From the NCBI GenBank assembly GCA_009103225.1, contig RHPI01000890.1, positions 213,579 through 277,578 of the forward strand: a stretch of 64,000 bases of DNA, in the 5' to 3' direction. This DNA comes from Chlorokybus atmophyticus (Eukaryota > Plantae > Mesostigma and Chlorokybus algae). Of this stretch, positions 11,952 to 24,816 are shown piece after piece; the first letter of the stretch is position 1, and every line of letters begins with the position of its first letter. The notes below the pieces were generated by a model, which was given only the letters and a program-made list of their open reading frames with translations, was not told the origin of the DNA and ran no database searches. Made by a program: the position numbers and the translations under genes.

Positions 11952-14042
11952 ATGGCTGCGGAGCTGCCTGGCGGGCCGCCTCCTGGCGAGGGCGGAGGCG
12001 ATGCTGGAGCAGGCCGGGCCAAGGTGGGGTTTGGGTTCAAGCAAGTGAAGGCGGCGGCGAGGCCAAGTGCGGGAGGCAGGGCTGGGGCGGATGCTCCTCC
12101 ACCCGCTGCAGCCGACGTCGAGTACATCACCTCCATCCAAAATGGCGTGCTGCCCGCCTCTGGGAAGGATGCCAAGGTCATCCCCTTGCAAGAGGACAAG
12201 TGGCAGCCCTACCGCAAGCTCACCTCCGGGTTGCCCAACGAGCAAGAGGATGGCGACCAATTTGAGCAGGTTTGGATTTGCAGCTGTTTATTTGCTTGAA
12301 GCTTTGATTGATTGTTTCATGCGTCACTGGAGCCACCTCTTTGTTCCGTTGTTGTACGATGCCTTTCAATGGTGGTACATGCTTGATCGTTGCTCAGAGC
12401 AATCCACATGCTTTGACACGCTCCACTTATGAGTAACTTGGTTGTTGCGTGTATCTTATTCGTAATATGCATCTCTGTTACTTTGCCGCCAGAAACGTTA
12501 AGTGCTGTCAAGTCAAAGCTGGGTGCACTAATGGCCTTCTGCTTATGCTCACGGCAAAGTCGATTTGAACGCATGCATGCTTTCCAACGCTAGCAACGTT
12601 AATTCAGCGGGGGTGCAAGAATTCAAAGGTAACATAGCGCTTGTGTGCATGGAGTCAACTGCTGTGACGCCACTGCAGGTGGCTGTGGAGGAGAAGGACG
12701 CCAACATCAAGTATGGCCTCACAGTCATGCGCAAGCGGAAGGCTGTCGCAGCTGACATGATGGAAGTGGACCGGGAGCGCCCGAGAACCAGGATGGATGA
12801 GTTGGCCGTGTTGCGAGAAGATCTGATCAGCTTGCCCCCTCAGGTTAGTTCACACATATTGCAGTCAGCAGTTGAGTTTTTCCAGAAGTCGTGCATGCAT
12901 GCAAAGCAGGCTTGCAGGTAGTTATAAGTTGCATTGCATTGTTCGCAGGCGGACGTGGACGCATATGATGCCATGCCAGTTGAAGCGTTTGGGGAGGCAA
13001 TGCTCCGGGGAATGGGATGGGAGAAAGGTAGGACATGTTGTGACGCATTCTCACACACAAGCTTGCACGTGCATGCAAACACCTGCTATGTTGTTACATG
13101 TGTACATATTGTTCTGAGTCAGTGCCTGTGTTATTGACAGGCAAGCCTGTTGGAAGGAACTCGAAAGCAGTGGTTGACCCTATTGAGTACGTGCCAAGAG
13201 AGGGCAGGCTCGGGTTGGGCGCAACACCCAAACCACCCGAGCAACGTGAGAAGAAGTACATAAAGCCCGGGGAGACGCGCACCCCGCAGCAGCCGAAGAT
13301 GGTGATGCCCGAGGGGCCAGACGGCCGTGTTCGGCATACCAAAACGCTTGATGAGAAGTTGGTGGAGCGTAAGAAAGAGGGAGTGCATGTGGGCAAGGTG
13401 ATGCTCATTATGGACGGCAGGCACAAAGGCATGCGCGCGAAGGTGCTGAGCATTGACATGCCTCCGCCGGATGGTCGCTCGCAGCGAGCAACCGTTCAGC
13501 TTGTGTCGAGCGACGAGAAAATTGAGGTCCGAGTGAAAGAGCTTGGCGAAGTCAGCATTGGTGGGATGGGGAATGGCAAGACTGCCGGCAGCGTGCAGCT
13601 ACTCCAGGACAAGAAGAGCAAAGACAGAGGACAAGTAGCTCCAATGGAGGATACTTTGGTGCAGCAGCCAGCTATGACAGCATGGTTAACTCCACACGTG
13701 CGAGTGCGCATCATCAACAAGAGTTTGTCAAGGGGCAAGCTGTACCTTAAAAAAGGCGTCATAGTGGACGTGCAGACGCCAATCTTGTGCACCGTTGTCC
13801 TTGATGATGGGCGCCAGGTTGTCCCTGATGTCAGCCAGGACATGCTTGAAACCGCGCTGCCGAAACCTGGAGGGAGAGTCATGGCTGTTGGCGGCAGCCA
13901 TCGTGGCCGGCGTGGCAAACTGATGCAGCGTGATTCTGCCAACAACAGAGCCGTCGTGCAGTTTGCCGACGACTTCTCCATGGAACACGTTGCAATGGAC
14001 TTTGTGGCGGAGTTTGTCGGGGAGGCGGATGAGCATGAGTAG
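11952..14042 (+). CDS. MOS2: G-patch and KOW domain spliceosomal protein (GPKOW/MOS2/Spp2 family)
   Basis: G-patch YDAMPVEAFGEAMLRGMGWEKG|KPVGRN...YVPREGRLGLGA; KOW regions WLTPHVRVRIINK...LYLKKGVIVDV and QDMLETALPKPGGRVMAVGGSHRGRRGKL. Exons about 11952-12270, 12679-12843, 12948-13028 and 13141-14042. Confidence 0.92.
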
Positions 14043-16349
14043 CTGTGGAGCCGGCTCGGCTCTTGAGATGAAGTACTGTTTGAAGACTGGTGGTTGTTGC
14101 AACGGCTTCAGGTCTGTTCAGAATGGAGCTGCTTACGCACTGGTTGGCTGCGGTCCGTTGTGTGGTCTATTGACCTGAATCGTTGTGTAGATTCCTGATG
14201 GCAGATTATTTGGACCAATCACAGTGACATACACCATGGCATTAGTGGCAGCCCGACTGCCCAAGCAGCCGCTCATCAGCCGCCCTTGGCCAAGTCGCTT
14301 TCGTCACGAGAAGCGCGGCTGCTGCTGTGGTATGCGAAATTGTTTGGTATTCCCACCCCTTGTCACATCGCACTCTGGCGGCAGTCTGGTGCATGGTCAA
14401 TTTTTAGTGCACCACAAGATATGCGAGTGACCAGCGCACTTCAATGTCTGGTGCAGGTCACCTTGGCGAACTTGCAAATCGCTTCAAAAGGCAGTGAGAC
14501 TCCACAACACTCGCAACCCGGAATCACCAGTATATCAAGCTGTGGTCATCGGAGTTGCCTTCTTGCTGGTGTCATCAGTAAGGAACTTGCAGCGGTTGCT
14601 GATACTTCTTGGCAATTTAGCTCTGGCTATGTGACCTGCCGGTCCCGTGACGCGGAACTGCTGCTGCCTGGAGAGCTTTCCACAACCCCTTCACAGCAAT
14701 CCGGAGCATCTGGAGCCTTTGTTTCAGCTTTCAGCTTATCTGGAGTGGCAAAGGCGTTGTGTTGGAAGTTGCCAGTAACTGTGCGTGCTGATGCATTGTT
14801 GTACAGTATGTAGGCAACATGTACAGGTTATGCTCTAGGCAGTTTTGTACATGCATCATGCAGCAGCACATAAGCGTGCACACAAACAGCATGCAAGCAT
14901 GATCATTTGCCACCACCGGGCTAATATCTTGCTTGTTGCTACCTAACACGCTACACTACCCTAGACCTCCCCGTTAGACATGCATGCATGCATGTTAGTG
15001 TCAATTACCTGCACAACAGGCAGCATGGCCACGTCAACAGTGGTCCTCAGTGGCTGTAGCGGTGCAGCAGCAGCATGCAGTGTGCCCATATGTCTCCTTC
15101 TCTCCCCCTGTCTCCCTCCCTCCCTCCTTTGTCCCCCTCTCTCCCCCTCCTCTTCCCTCCTCCACCTCCTCCCTCCCTTCTTCTTCCTCTTCGGCCGCTG
15201 CCGCGACAGTAACCCTTGCCATTGCTGGCGTGGCAGGGCCCCTCTGCCCTGCCCCTCTGCTCCGCCCCCTGTGTGTCACCCGTATGCAGTGCGGCCGCGG
15301 CAGCACTGTGCAGTGTCGTTGTCAGTTAGGTGCAGCTGGTGGGGCTTGTGCATGCATTATGTCAGCAATATGCAAGCAGGGTACAACGTATGCAACGAGG
15401 TGTACAAAAGATGTGAAGGGGAACTTGCACATGCAATCTACGTGAACATGCAATGCCTCAACCACAACAATCACTCACCAACTCGTCCGCCAGGTTAAGG
15501 CATGTGCATGCATGCTATGTACCAATTACCCCAAGCACTATTGCCCCCCCCTGTCAGACATGCATAGGCAAACACAGTGGCAAGACCAACATAGGCAACG
15601 CATACATACAAGTACAACAAGCACAACCACCAACACTAGTCGATGCACGGTAGGGCAGGATACGGTATAGGCAGACAACCAAGTCAGAGTTGGACATACA
15701 AACTCAGCAACAACGTGAGCAACGAAGCAAGTAGTGTGCTAGGCCACACAGCAGCACCACCCACAAGCGAGCACGGCCAAGACAACAGTGCTGTACATGT
15801 GCGGACAGCGCCACAGATAGCAACGTCCCAAAAAGGGGCGACGTGCTACTGGGCAGTAGATCAGTTAAGCAACTTTTCAGGGTTCGCGCTCTCACAACGC
15901 AACGCACATGGTGAGTGGGTTAGTGCGTTACTGAGTTAGTAGCAGGCTGCTCAGCAGCATGTGCGGATCAGTGGCAGTCACACGCATCAATTGCGCAACC
16001 GGCAGCGATGCATTGTGACGGGCGGAGAGGGTGGCGGTGGCGACATGGGAGAGGAGGGCGGGGGTAGTCCTACAGTCTGCTGTTGCTGTCGTCACTGTGG
16101 AGGCTGGCCGCTGACCACAGCCGTGGTGCAGGTGATTACAATTCTGCATGCTGACTGCATGGCTTACGGGGCAGGCTAGAGTTGGCGTAGCACAGAAAGT
16201 ACTAGCCCGGTGGTGGATGGAATGTGTTCACCCATGAGTGTGATGCATGTCGCTTGCATGTCTCGGCACACCATGCATGCCGGCATGGCAGCACACCCCT
16301 TTTGTGTACGCATGCATGCCTGGCAGTTGCAGTCAATTGCACAAGCCAT

Positions 16350-16435
16350 GGTCAGCGGCCCATTCGTAGCAGCAGCAACAGCGACAGCAGCAGAACGATA
16401 TGGACTCCCCCTCCCTCCCCTACACGCTCGCCATC
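16350..16435 (+). repeat. Dispersed repeat, copy 2 (homologous to 7901-7986)
   Basis: Alignment by eye to 7901-7986. Confidence 0.7.
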
Positions 16436-17315
16436 TCTACTACTTCTATGCATCGCCCTCTCCGCCGCGACTCCATGTGTGCATGTTCATTATTGACCCC
16501 TGTATGTGTAAATCAGCATGTATCGCATTCAAAAACAGCAGTGTCGGGTCCACAGCAGGTGAGTTACCAAGGGACAAGTTACACCAGCCAACCCCTACTA
16601 ACAACAGCAAACACTGCGCAATCGCCAACAACAGGGCAACTGTAACCACAGTATGGTACACAGATGATACTGATCCGCGTAACTAGGAACCCCCTGGCTA
16701 GACTCTCCAATGCGCAATCAGCAACCGCCAAACATGGGCGGTCGTGATAGCATAACACGACAAGGATGGTGATGGTACGTAGTAATGATAAATGGGAGTC
16801 CGCGCTGACCAGGACATCGCTGACTTCTGGTGTCTCTGCTGTGCATATATACAGTGCAGCCAGGTAGTGCCTCTGTGTTTGACGCGGTGCATGCGAGGTG
16901 TCCAGTACACGGCAGCCCTGGAAGTAGTCGCAGTTGAGGTAGAGCAGCAATCTGCAGCCAACTAGAGCCTTGCTTCTGTCACCGGGCATACGTCTCCACA
17001 ACCGCATGCAAGAACGGATCACCACCATCAATAACTGGACGTGCTGTGTCGATTGTCATCCAGTGGTAGCTAACATGGCATACACAACATAGAGCACGTC
17101 ATCCAACCAGCATGCCCAAAGCTGCAGCACAATGCTAACCTTTCTTTGGCTTTGAACAAGCATAATCGAATCCTTTTTGATAACTGCACACATAATAGGA
17201 CTGCGGCACTTCAGAATCCACCCATCACTCCAACAAGCAATCCTGCACCAGCCTCCTGCAACAACATAATAAACAGCATGAGAATCGTACACACAACCAT
17301 CACTAACAACGAACG

Positions 17316-19943
17316 TCACCTGTTCAGCTCGCGCCTGGCATCCACACTGTGCGCTGCACGCGTCTTCAGTATCGAATCAGTCAAACTCAGCCAGTTTTCT
17401 TTCATGCAATCAAGTATCTGCGACTGGCAGCTGTGGCAGAACTGGGTTTTGCTTTGCGCATCACCCAACTCAAGGCCAGTACTCTCTTCGACCTCAGGCC
17501 TAGCTGTTGTCGCCATCGGTGCATAACATAGCGAGCAAAGGGGTAAACTTGATGGATGATTATTGTCTTGACAATGCGTGCTTGAGGCTTGCTTCCCTGC
17601 CAACAATCGGCTTGCATCCCGCGCAGTCATAAGCGGCTCGTTGAATGAGAAAGGCTTCAGCTTGGAGGCTGTGGCGAGAATTGTGTGCACGCTGGAGTTG
17701 AGGTTGGCTTGCAGAGTGGCTACAAAGTAGTCAGCCAGCATGTTGATGCTGCCTTTGCGCATGGCAGCCGCAAGCTTCTTGCTTTTGGGTACAAACACAG
17801 TCCGAAGCTTTTGTAAGTGGCACAGCATGGCCAACTCCTTGATCATGATGTCCCTCAAGGGGGTAACGATCACTGGCATGGGGCTGGGATGATGTTGGTG
17901 CTGTGATTCTTCTTGGGAGTGTGGTACGGGTGATAATACCCGATATCGAGTGTCCACGTACTGAATATCTGCTGCCAGAGAAAACCCGCGGCCTTTCGAT
18001 GTTGCGGATATGGTCCTCACCGCCAGTCTGCTGGCACAATCGCCACGCACCAGCTTGTTATAGCCATCAGCACTTGCAACCTGCAGACACACACTCAGTG
18101 TTGCATTTGCACATGACACTTGCACTCAGAAGCCATGGAGCTATGCTGTTTGAGTCTCATATGCATGCATCCATTAACACACGCGCGCGCGCATGTGCGC
18201 TCACACGTGTAGAGTTTTGTGGGCACCATGAAGCATCTCGCCTACCTTCATTAGAACTCTCATGCGGAGGTGTTCGAGCAAATCCTCCCGTCCAGTGACA
18301 TCAGAAACATTCAGGGTTTGCCGCACCAGCTCGGCAGCACGACGCTCCGCACCTTCGCTATCATCCTCTTCACCAATGTACAGGTCTTCAGTCTTCGCAA
18401 TGTGCAGCGCGGCTCGGCCGCCGGACGCCACGCGCACGATGGATATCACTTCACGCAGGACGTCGTCAGCCTCTTTGTCAGACTGCCCCAACGCAATGCG
18501 TTCATCCACAAACACCACCTGGCAAGCGCGCAATGATTGCCATGTCAAGTTTCCAACAATGGACATGCATCGTTGATGCATAGATGGCGCTATGTGGAAC
18601 TACTATATGTACATCCTAATGTTCTGTCCACGAGCAGGTGTGCTAGATGCCCTTTAAGGAGTGTTAGAGTATATGTGAGTAAATGTGCACAATCGCCATT
18701 GATCTGACACACAATAGTACAAGTAGATGATACCAAGGCGCACGTGTTATGTGCATATAACTAGCCTCAATGAGCACGGAACTCAACAGCATCACGAACA
18801 TATTGGCGTGCACGCCACTCACTTACTCCCAGGTTGAAGTGTATGCGTCCGCGGTCCTTGGCGTTGCGCGAGTCGGACATGATTAGTGTGAGCAGGTGCA
18901 GCGCCGCGCGGGAGGCGAACCCGCCTGAGAATGCCAGCAGCACCCTGTCGTTGGGATGGATCAGCCCCTTCGTGCGCACAACCGTCTTGAACATATTGAA
19001 CAGCGTGGCCTGCACGTGGGGTGACGAAGCATCATTGGTGCTGCAGATGACGACCAAGCAAGTATGTGTGCAGGAGCCTTGTTTGGTTGCTTTAGATTTT
19101 GATGTACAGTGAGTGACCGATACTTGACCCATCATGTCACATCAGTCTGCCTTATGTCTTGCCGATGATCCCCCATCACAGATGCTTATGAGTCATAAGT
19201 TATGACACAGCGAGTTAGCAATGTGATTACCACATGGGGCGCAATCTCGCACGCGTGTGGCTCTCGCAATGCATGCGTGTACGCGAGCGTTCGCAAGTTG
19301 TATCTTGATATTCTACAGCGCTCGTCAATCTGTTTGTCTGATATGCCACTGAGGCTTTCACTTCGCTCTGGTGTAGCCACTGGTCCCGAGCAGTGACAGT
19401 GCTTCCCTACTTCAGAAGTTGCTCAAGTGAAGAAAGAAGAAAAAAGACCGCTACCTGACTATAGACGGCATGGCTACAGGAAGAACTTGCAAGCGCTTGT
19501 AACCGTCGCTTGCAACGCTTGCATTATTGCAAGCGCTGCAACAGTCAAGCTTGCAAGCGTTGCATGCTCATAATCAAGGGGAAGCTTGACAAGCTCTAGC
19601 TCTGGTATAGCTCTGAAAAGCTTGACTAAGAGACTGACTGCCTGACTCAGGCTCTCACCTCGAGGCATGAAGCGCAGAGTGCTTCACGCTGGCGAGCGAC
19701 CACCGCCGCCGCCTCCGTCCCGCACTTCACGCAGGTGGTGGGGGAGGGGGAAGAGGAGGCGGTGGTGGCACTCGGGGAGGACGTGGAGGTGGCAGCGACG
19801 CAGGAGCACGACACTGACGCCGACTCCGACACCGCCCCTGCACACACCCCACTGCCGCAACCTCCTCCTCCTCCACATCCTGCTTCTGCTCCGCCAGACG
19901 GAACCTCATCCAGGTCCTCCTCCTCCACCCCGCACCCGCTCAT
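17316..19943 (-). CDS. CTU2: Cytoplasmic tRNA 2-thiolation protein 2 (CTU2/Ncs2)
   Basis: N-terminal CVKC...LCASC, DRVLLAFSGGFAS (degenerate PP-loop), GREDLLEHLRMRVL, LVRGDCASRLAVRTISATSKGRGFSL, PLRDIMIKEL and C-terminal CSLCYAP...CHSCQ. Four exons. Confidence 0.9.
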
Positions 19944-20093
19944 CCTTGCTCTCGCGCCTGAAGTCCAGGAGGTGCTACACCATGTGTAGTGACACCTACA
20001 AGCACAGATACTCCGCGTCAACCTCCGCCACCTCCGCCGCCGCCTCCGCCCAAAACAACAAGCTTGGGTATAGCGTGCTGGCGGCGTAGGAGC

Positions 20094-23000
20094 ATGGCGG
20101 CGGCGGCGACGGTGGCTGTGGTGGTGGGGTCGTCTCTGTCAGGGGCGGTGAGCTCTTCCGCTGCACCAAGGCAGAGGCGGCGTCATGGTGGAGGCCAGAC
20201 TCAGCGACAAATTGGCAGCTTGCCTGCGGGTCAGCTGTGGGGCCAGCGGCTGCTGGCTGCGGCAGCTGAGGCCAGCTGGCCAGGAAAGCCCAAGCAAGCT
20301 TGCCGCAGCTGTCGCCTCGCCTGCGGCTGCGTTGCCGCAGCTGGGGAAGAAGAAAGCAGGGGAGAAGCAGCTGGAGCAGCTGCTAGCATGCCGTCCACCA
20401 GCAGCAGCCGGTCAAGCTTAGGTGAGAGCACTCGCAAGCAGCAACAACAAGAACAATCTTCCACGCACCTGTTAGAGAGACGACTTATTACGCATACGAA
20501 CACACACAATTGCTTAGTTGCAGCAAGGTGGAAGCTGTCAGTTGTTTGTGCGTGGCCATGTGTCACAGCAGCTCTGCACCCTTTGTTTTGTATGTGAGTC
20601 AGTTCGTCGGTGTAGAATGTGACTTTGTTGCTACAACCGTTTGTGGGTCGATCAAGTGCACTTCTTTACGCTCCTGCATACGTACGCACAGAAGCCACAA
20701 CCAGGTTGGTACACAATTACGGATGCACAGGATTCCAGGTTGCTTCCTGCACCGAGCGTGCTGATTAAGTCATTGCCAAACATCAAAAGCGTCATCGTTT
20801 GGCAGTTTGCTGCGATGGTAGCTCATGTCCTTGCCGACCATGTGCACAGGCAGTGGCCATTTACCTTGGTTCAGTTCGAAATAACCACTAGACAATCGTT
20901 GCGAGTGTGTATGTGTGCTGTCACCGACCACACCGCAAGCTTGTGGCGTTGGCATTTTCACAATGCCATGCCAATGCAAGACGACTGTTTCAAAACAATT
21001 TTAGCTTCTTTATTCATATGTCAGGAGTTCACTGCTTACCAGTACTCGCTATTCATGCCACTACAGTGCGGTGCATGCTCATTCGACAGTCGAGTTGTTT
21101 TTGAAGCATGTGTAATCCTTCCGGCCAAACGCAGGAGGCGATGCCAGCACGGAGGAGTACGATGTGCTCGTGGTGGGCGGCGGGCACGCGGGTTGCGAGG
21201 CAGCGCTGGCGGCCGCGCGCTCAGGCGCGCGCACGCTGCTGCTCACTCTCAACCTTGACAGGATCGCGTGGCAGCCGTGCAATCCCGCTGTCGGGGGACC
21301 CGCCAAGTCCCAGCTCGTCCACGAGGTACGTTGATACTGTCATTAACATTGCAAACCTGTCAATTGTTAGAGTACACATAACAACCAGCGGTTATGCAAT
21401 TGCATGCCATGCTTAGTGTGTTCATGTGTATGTTGCCCNNNNNNNNNNNNNNNNNNNNNNNNNNNNNNNNNNNNNNNNNNNNNNNNNNNNNNNNNNNNNN
21501 NNNNNNNNNNNNNNNNNNNNNNNNNNNNNNNNNNNNNNNNNNNNNNNNNNNNNNNNNNNNNNNNNNNNNNNNNNNNNNNNNNNNNNNNNNNNNNNNNNNN
21601 NNNNNNNNNNNNNNNNNNNNNNNNNNNNNNNNNNNNNNNNNNNNNNNNNNNNNNNNNNNNNNNNNNNNNNNNNNNNNNNNNNNNNNNNNNNNNNNNNNNN
21701 NNNNNNNNNNNNNNNNNNNNNNNNNNNNNNNNNNNNCCTTCCCAATCTCGCCCCCTCCCCACCCACCATGTGGGCCCGCGCGAACGCGCTATGGTGCACG
21801 CATGCGTGCCCATGCGCGTGTATGTGTATGCATAGGGTCCTTTATGCAGTGTAGGTTACACATGCAAATATTGCAAGCTGTAAACGATTAACTTGCAGGA
21901 TGCATACATTGTGCGCTGCGTATTGCTGTACAGATATGTGATGCGATGTGTTTATCGGTGCTTGCCTTCCAGGTGGATGCACTCGGGGGCGAGATTGGGA
22001 AGGTGACAGACCGGTGTTACCTGCAGAAGCGAGTGCTGAACCTCTCCAAAGGCCCCGCCGTGTGGGCTCTCAGAGCGCAGACGGACAAGCGGGAGTACGC
22101 TACTGTCATGCGCCAAGTGCTGGAAAGGTAAGAGCCACATGCAAAGTGGTCATCGTCAGCTGCCTAAGTGCGTAAAGATTCTGCAATATCTCCTTTGGTC
22201 TGCGCATGCAAGTCGTTTGAGGTCATGACTCATGTGGACTTGCTTTGTCGATCGTGTAGCACACCCAACTTGTCGATACGCGAGGCGATGGTGACGGAGG
22301 TGATTGTTGGTCCAAATGATGAAGTGCAGGGCGTGCGTACATTCTTTGGCATGGAGTTCTTAGCAAAGGCGGTTGTGCTTACCACAGGAACATTTATGAA
22401 TGGCCAAATCTGGGTAAGGCATCAACCATCCCACAAACAGCAAGATGTCAAAGCACAACAACATTTGGTGTAACTCTTGTCGTTTATACACATGTAGGTC
22501 GGGCGCAAGACGTTGCCAGCTGGCCGCGCAGGAGAGTCACCCTCGTTGGGCCTGACGGAGCAGCTGCAGAGTCTCGGGTTTGAGTCGGAGCGCTTGAAGA
22601 CAGGCACACCCGCCCGCGTGGACGCACGCACGGTCGATTACAGCAGACTACAGAAGCAGCCTGGTGACGAAGAGGTATGCTGCAAGGCTGCGGGCATAGC
22701 TGTGGGGAATGACACGTATCTTGTTAAGGTGTCGGTGTGTCATTTGTGTTGGAAATCATCAGGTAGTATCAATGCAACAGTAGTGAGGGTTGTCCATTGT
22801 ATGTGCTTGCCATTGCTTAGATCTTCACATACGCAAGTTGTGTACACTGACCAGGTGAGGTGGTTCAGTTTTGATCCGGAAGTGCACGTAGAGAGGGAGC
22901 AGATGGCGTGCCATCTGACACGGACGACTGAGGCAACACACAAACTCATTGAGGACAACCTGTTCGAGACACCCACTTACGGCGGCTGGGTCGCCGCCAA

Positions 23001-24816
23001 GGGCCCGCGCTACTGCCCTTCAATAGAAGACAAGGTGGGTATGGGTGTGCATGTGCGTATACGCTTGCACACGCGCACTCGCGTGCATGTGTGCGTGCAT
23101 GCGTGGGCGCGCGCATGTGTACATGCACGTGTGTGCGCGTGCATATGTGCGTTTTTTCTGAGTTTGTGCTTCGTATCTGTGGGTGGGGAGGAGAGCTGCT
23201 TGTGTGCTATCAGGACGTTTCTTATGTTTTTTTTGCAGATCGTGCGGTTCAAGGACAAGACCTCGCATCAGATATTCTTGGAGCCAGAAGGCCGCAACAC
23301 TCCCGAGCTGTACGTTCAGGGCTTCAGCACGGGTCTGCCGGAGCGATTGCAGCTGGCGCTGCTGCAGACTCTTCCCGGCTTGGAGAGCTGCAAGATGTTG
23401 CGTCCCGCCTACGCCGTGGAGTACGACTACCTTCCCGCCCACCAGTGCGCCTCCACCCTCATGACGAAAAGGGTCGAGGGCCTTTTTTTCAGTGGGCAGA
23501 TCAACGGCACAACTGGATATGAAGAGGCCGCTGCGCAAGGTTGGCTCGCGGGTGCCAACGCTGCACGGCTCGCGCTTGGGAAGCCCCTTGCGGTCATCCC
23601 CAGAGAGAGCAGCTACTTGGGCACTCTCATTGATGACTTGGTGACGAAGGATCTGCGAGAGCCTTACCGCATGCTTACGAGGCAAGGAGGGCTTTGTGCA
23701 CATGTGAAACCATTTGCAGTGTCCTTGGTCTGTTTGATGTGCTCATTGTTGGTCAGAGTATATGTGCTTATTGCTGGTTGCGTGCAGTCGGTCTGAGTAC
23801 AGGTTGCTTCTGAGGGCGGACAATGCTGATCAGCGCTTGACGCCAATTGGCCGCGAGCTCGGTCTCATTGATGACCGAAGATGGGCGCTGTTTCAGGTTT
23901 GTTGGTTGTTGGTTGTGTGCATGTCAAGTGGCATTTTTGGGTAACAGAGCTTATTCATTGAAATAGAAAAAGGAAGAGCGTATGAAAGCAGAGATGGTGA
24001 GGCTGCGGCAAGTGCGCTTGCTGGATGGCGTTGAGGCTTTTGTGGATGCGGTCGAGTTGCGCTCTGGGCATCCTGTCAAGCGGGGTGGAACGCTAGAGGA
24101 GGTAACAATAACACAGCATGCATTGCGTGGTTACATACTGCTGGTGCGTGCTGAGTGATACCATCGATTGAGTGCCATGGCTGCAGATGCTGCGGAGGCC
24201 TTACGTTCATTACTCTATGCTTGAAGAGTTTGGCTTGCATGATCCCGAACTCAGCGGCTCAGAGCGTGAATGCGTTGAGACCAGCATTAAGTATGAGCCT
24301 TTCATCGTCAGACAGCAGAAGCAGCTTGAACAGGTATTGTATTACAGGAGCAGTTCATGTTGTGTTGGAAGCTCTGGTCGCATGTAGGTTATGATTGGGT
24401 TTAAGCAAGCACGCAGTGGCTGAGCATGCAATGCCTTTCAGATTGCAGGGAAGCACAACAAGCTGATCCCGCGTGACTTTGATTACCATCAAGTGACAAC
24501 ACTTGCAAATGAAGCCCGTGACAAGCTGAGCAAGGTAAGGCAGCAACAACCAGCAGCTCGGTGTTTTCTATTCTCTTCTCTCATTGCAACATTACTCACC
24601 ACTGATGTTGCCTTTTTTCATCGCTTGCGACCGCAGATAAGGCCGGCCAATATTGGCCAGGCGACGCGAATAGGGGGCGTCAACCCCTCGGATATTAATG
24701 CTCTGTTAGTGTGGATGGAGACGCGACGCAGGCGAGCCGCGAGTGTTAACACTGCTTTGGTTGCTGCTTTTGAATCAGCTGACACTGAAGAACAGGCATT
24801 GGCCATCGTGCCGTGA
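20094..24816 (+). CDS. mnmG: tRNA U34 carboxymethylaminomethyl modification enzyme MnmG/GidA, plastid/cyanobacterial type, with transit peptide
   Basis: [21 protein letters not shown] (FAD binding), [21 protein letters not shown]|[53 protein letters not shown]|[19 protein letters not shown] and [13 protein letters not shown]. An N gap (21439-21736) lies in an intron, and the flanking exons join without loss. Confidence 0.97.

Noticed and set aside
14286-15306. 175-aa plus ORF and acidic minus ORF downstream of MOS2
   Set aside because: No motif or consistent exon chain; could be UTR or an unrecognised gene.
16579-17031. 150-aa minus ORF downstream of CTU2
   Set aside because: No initiating context or family resemblance that I can support.
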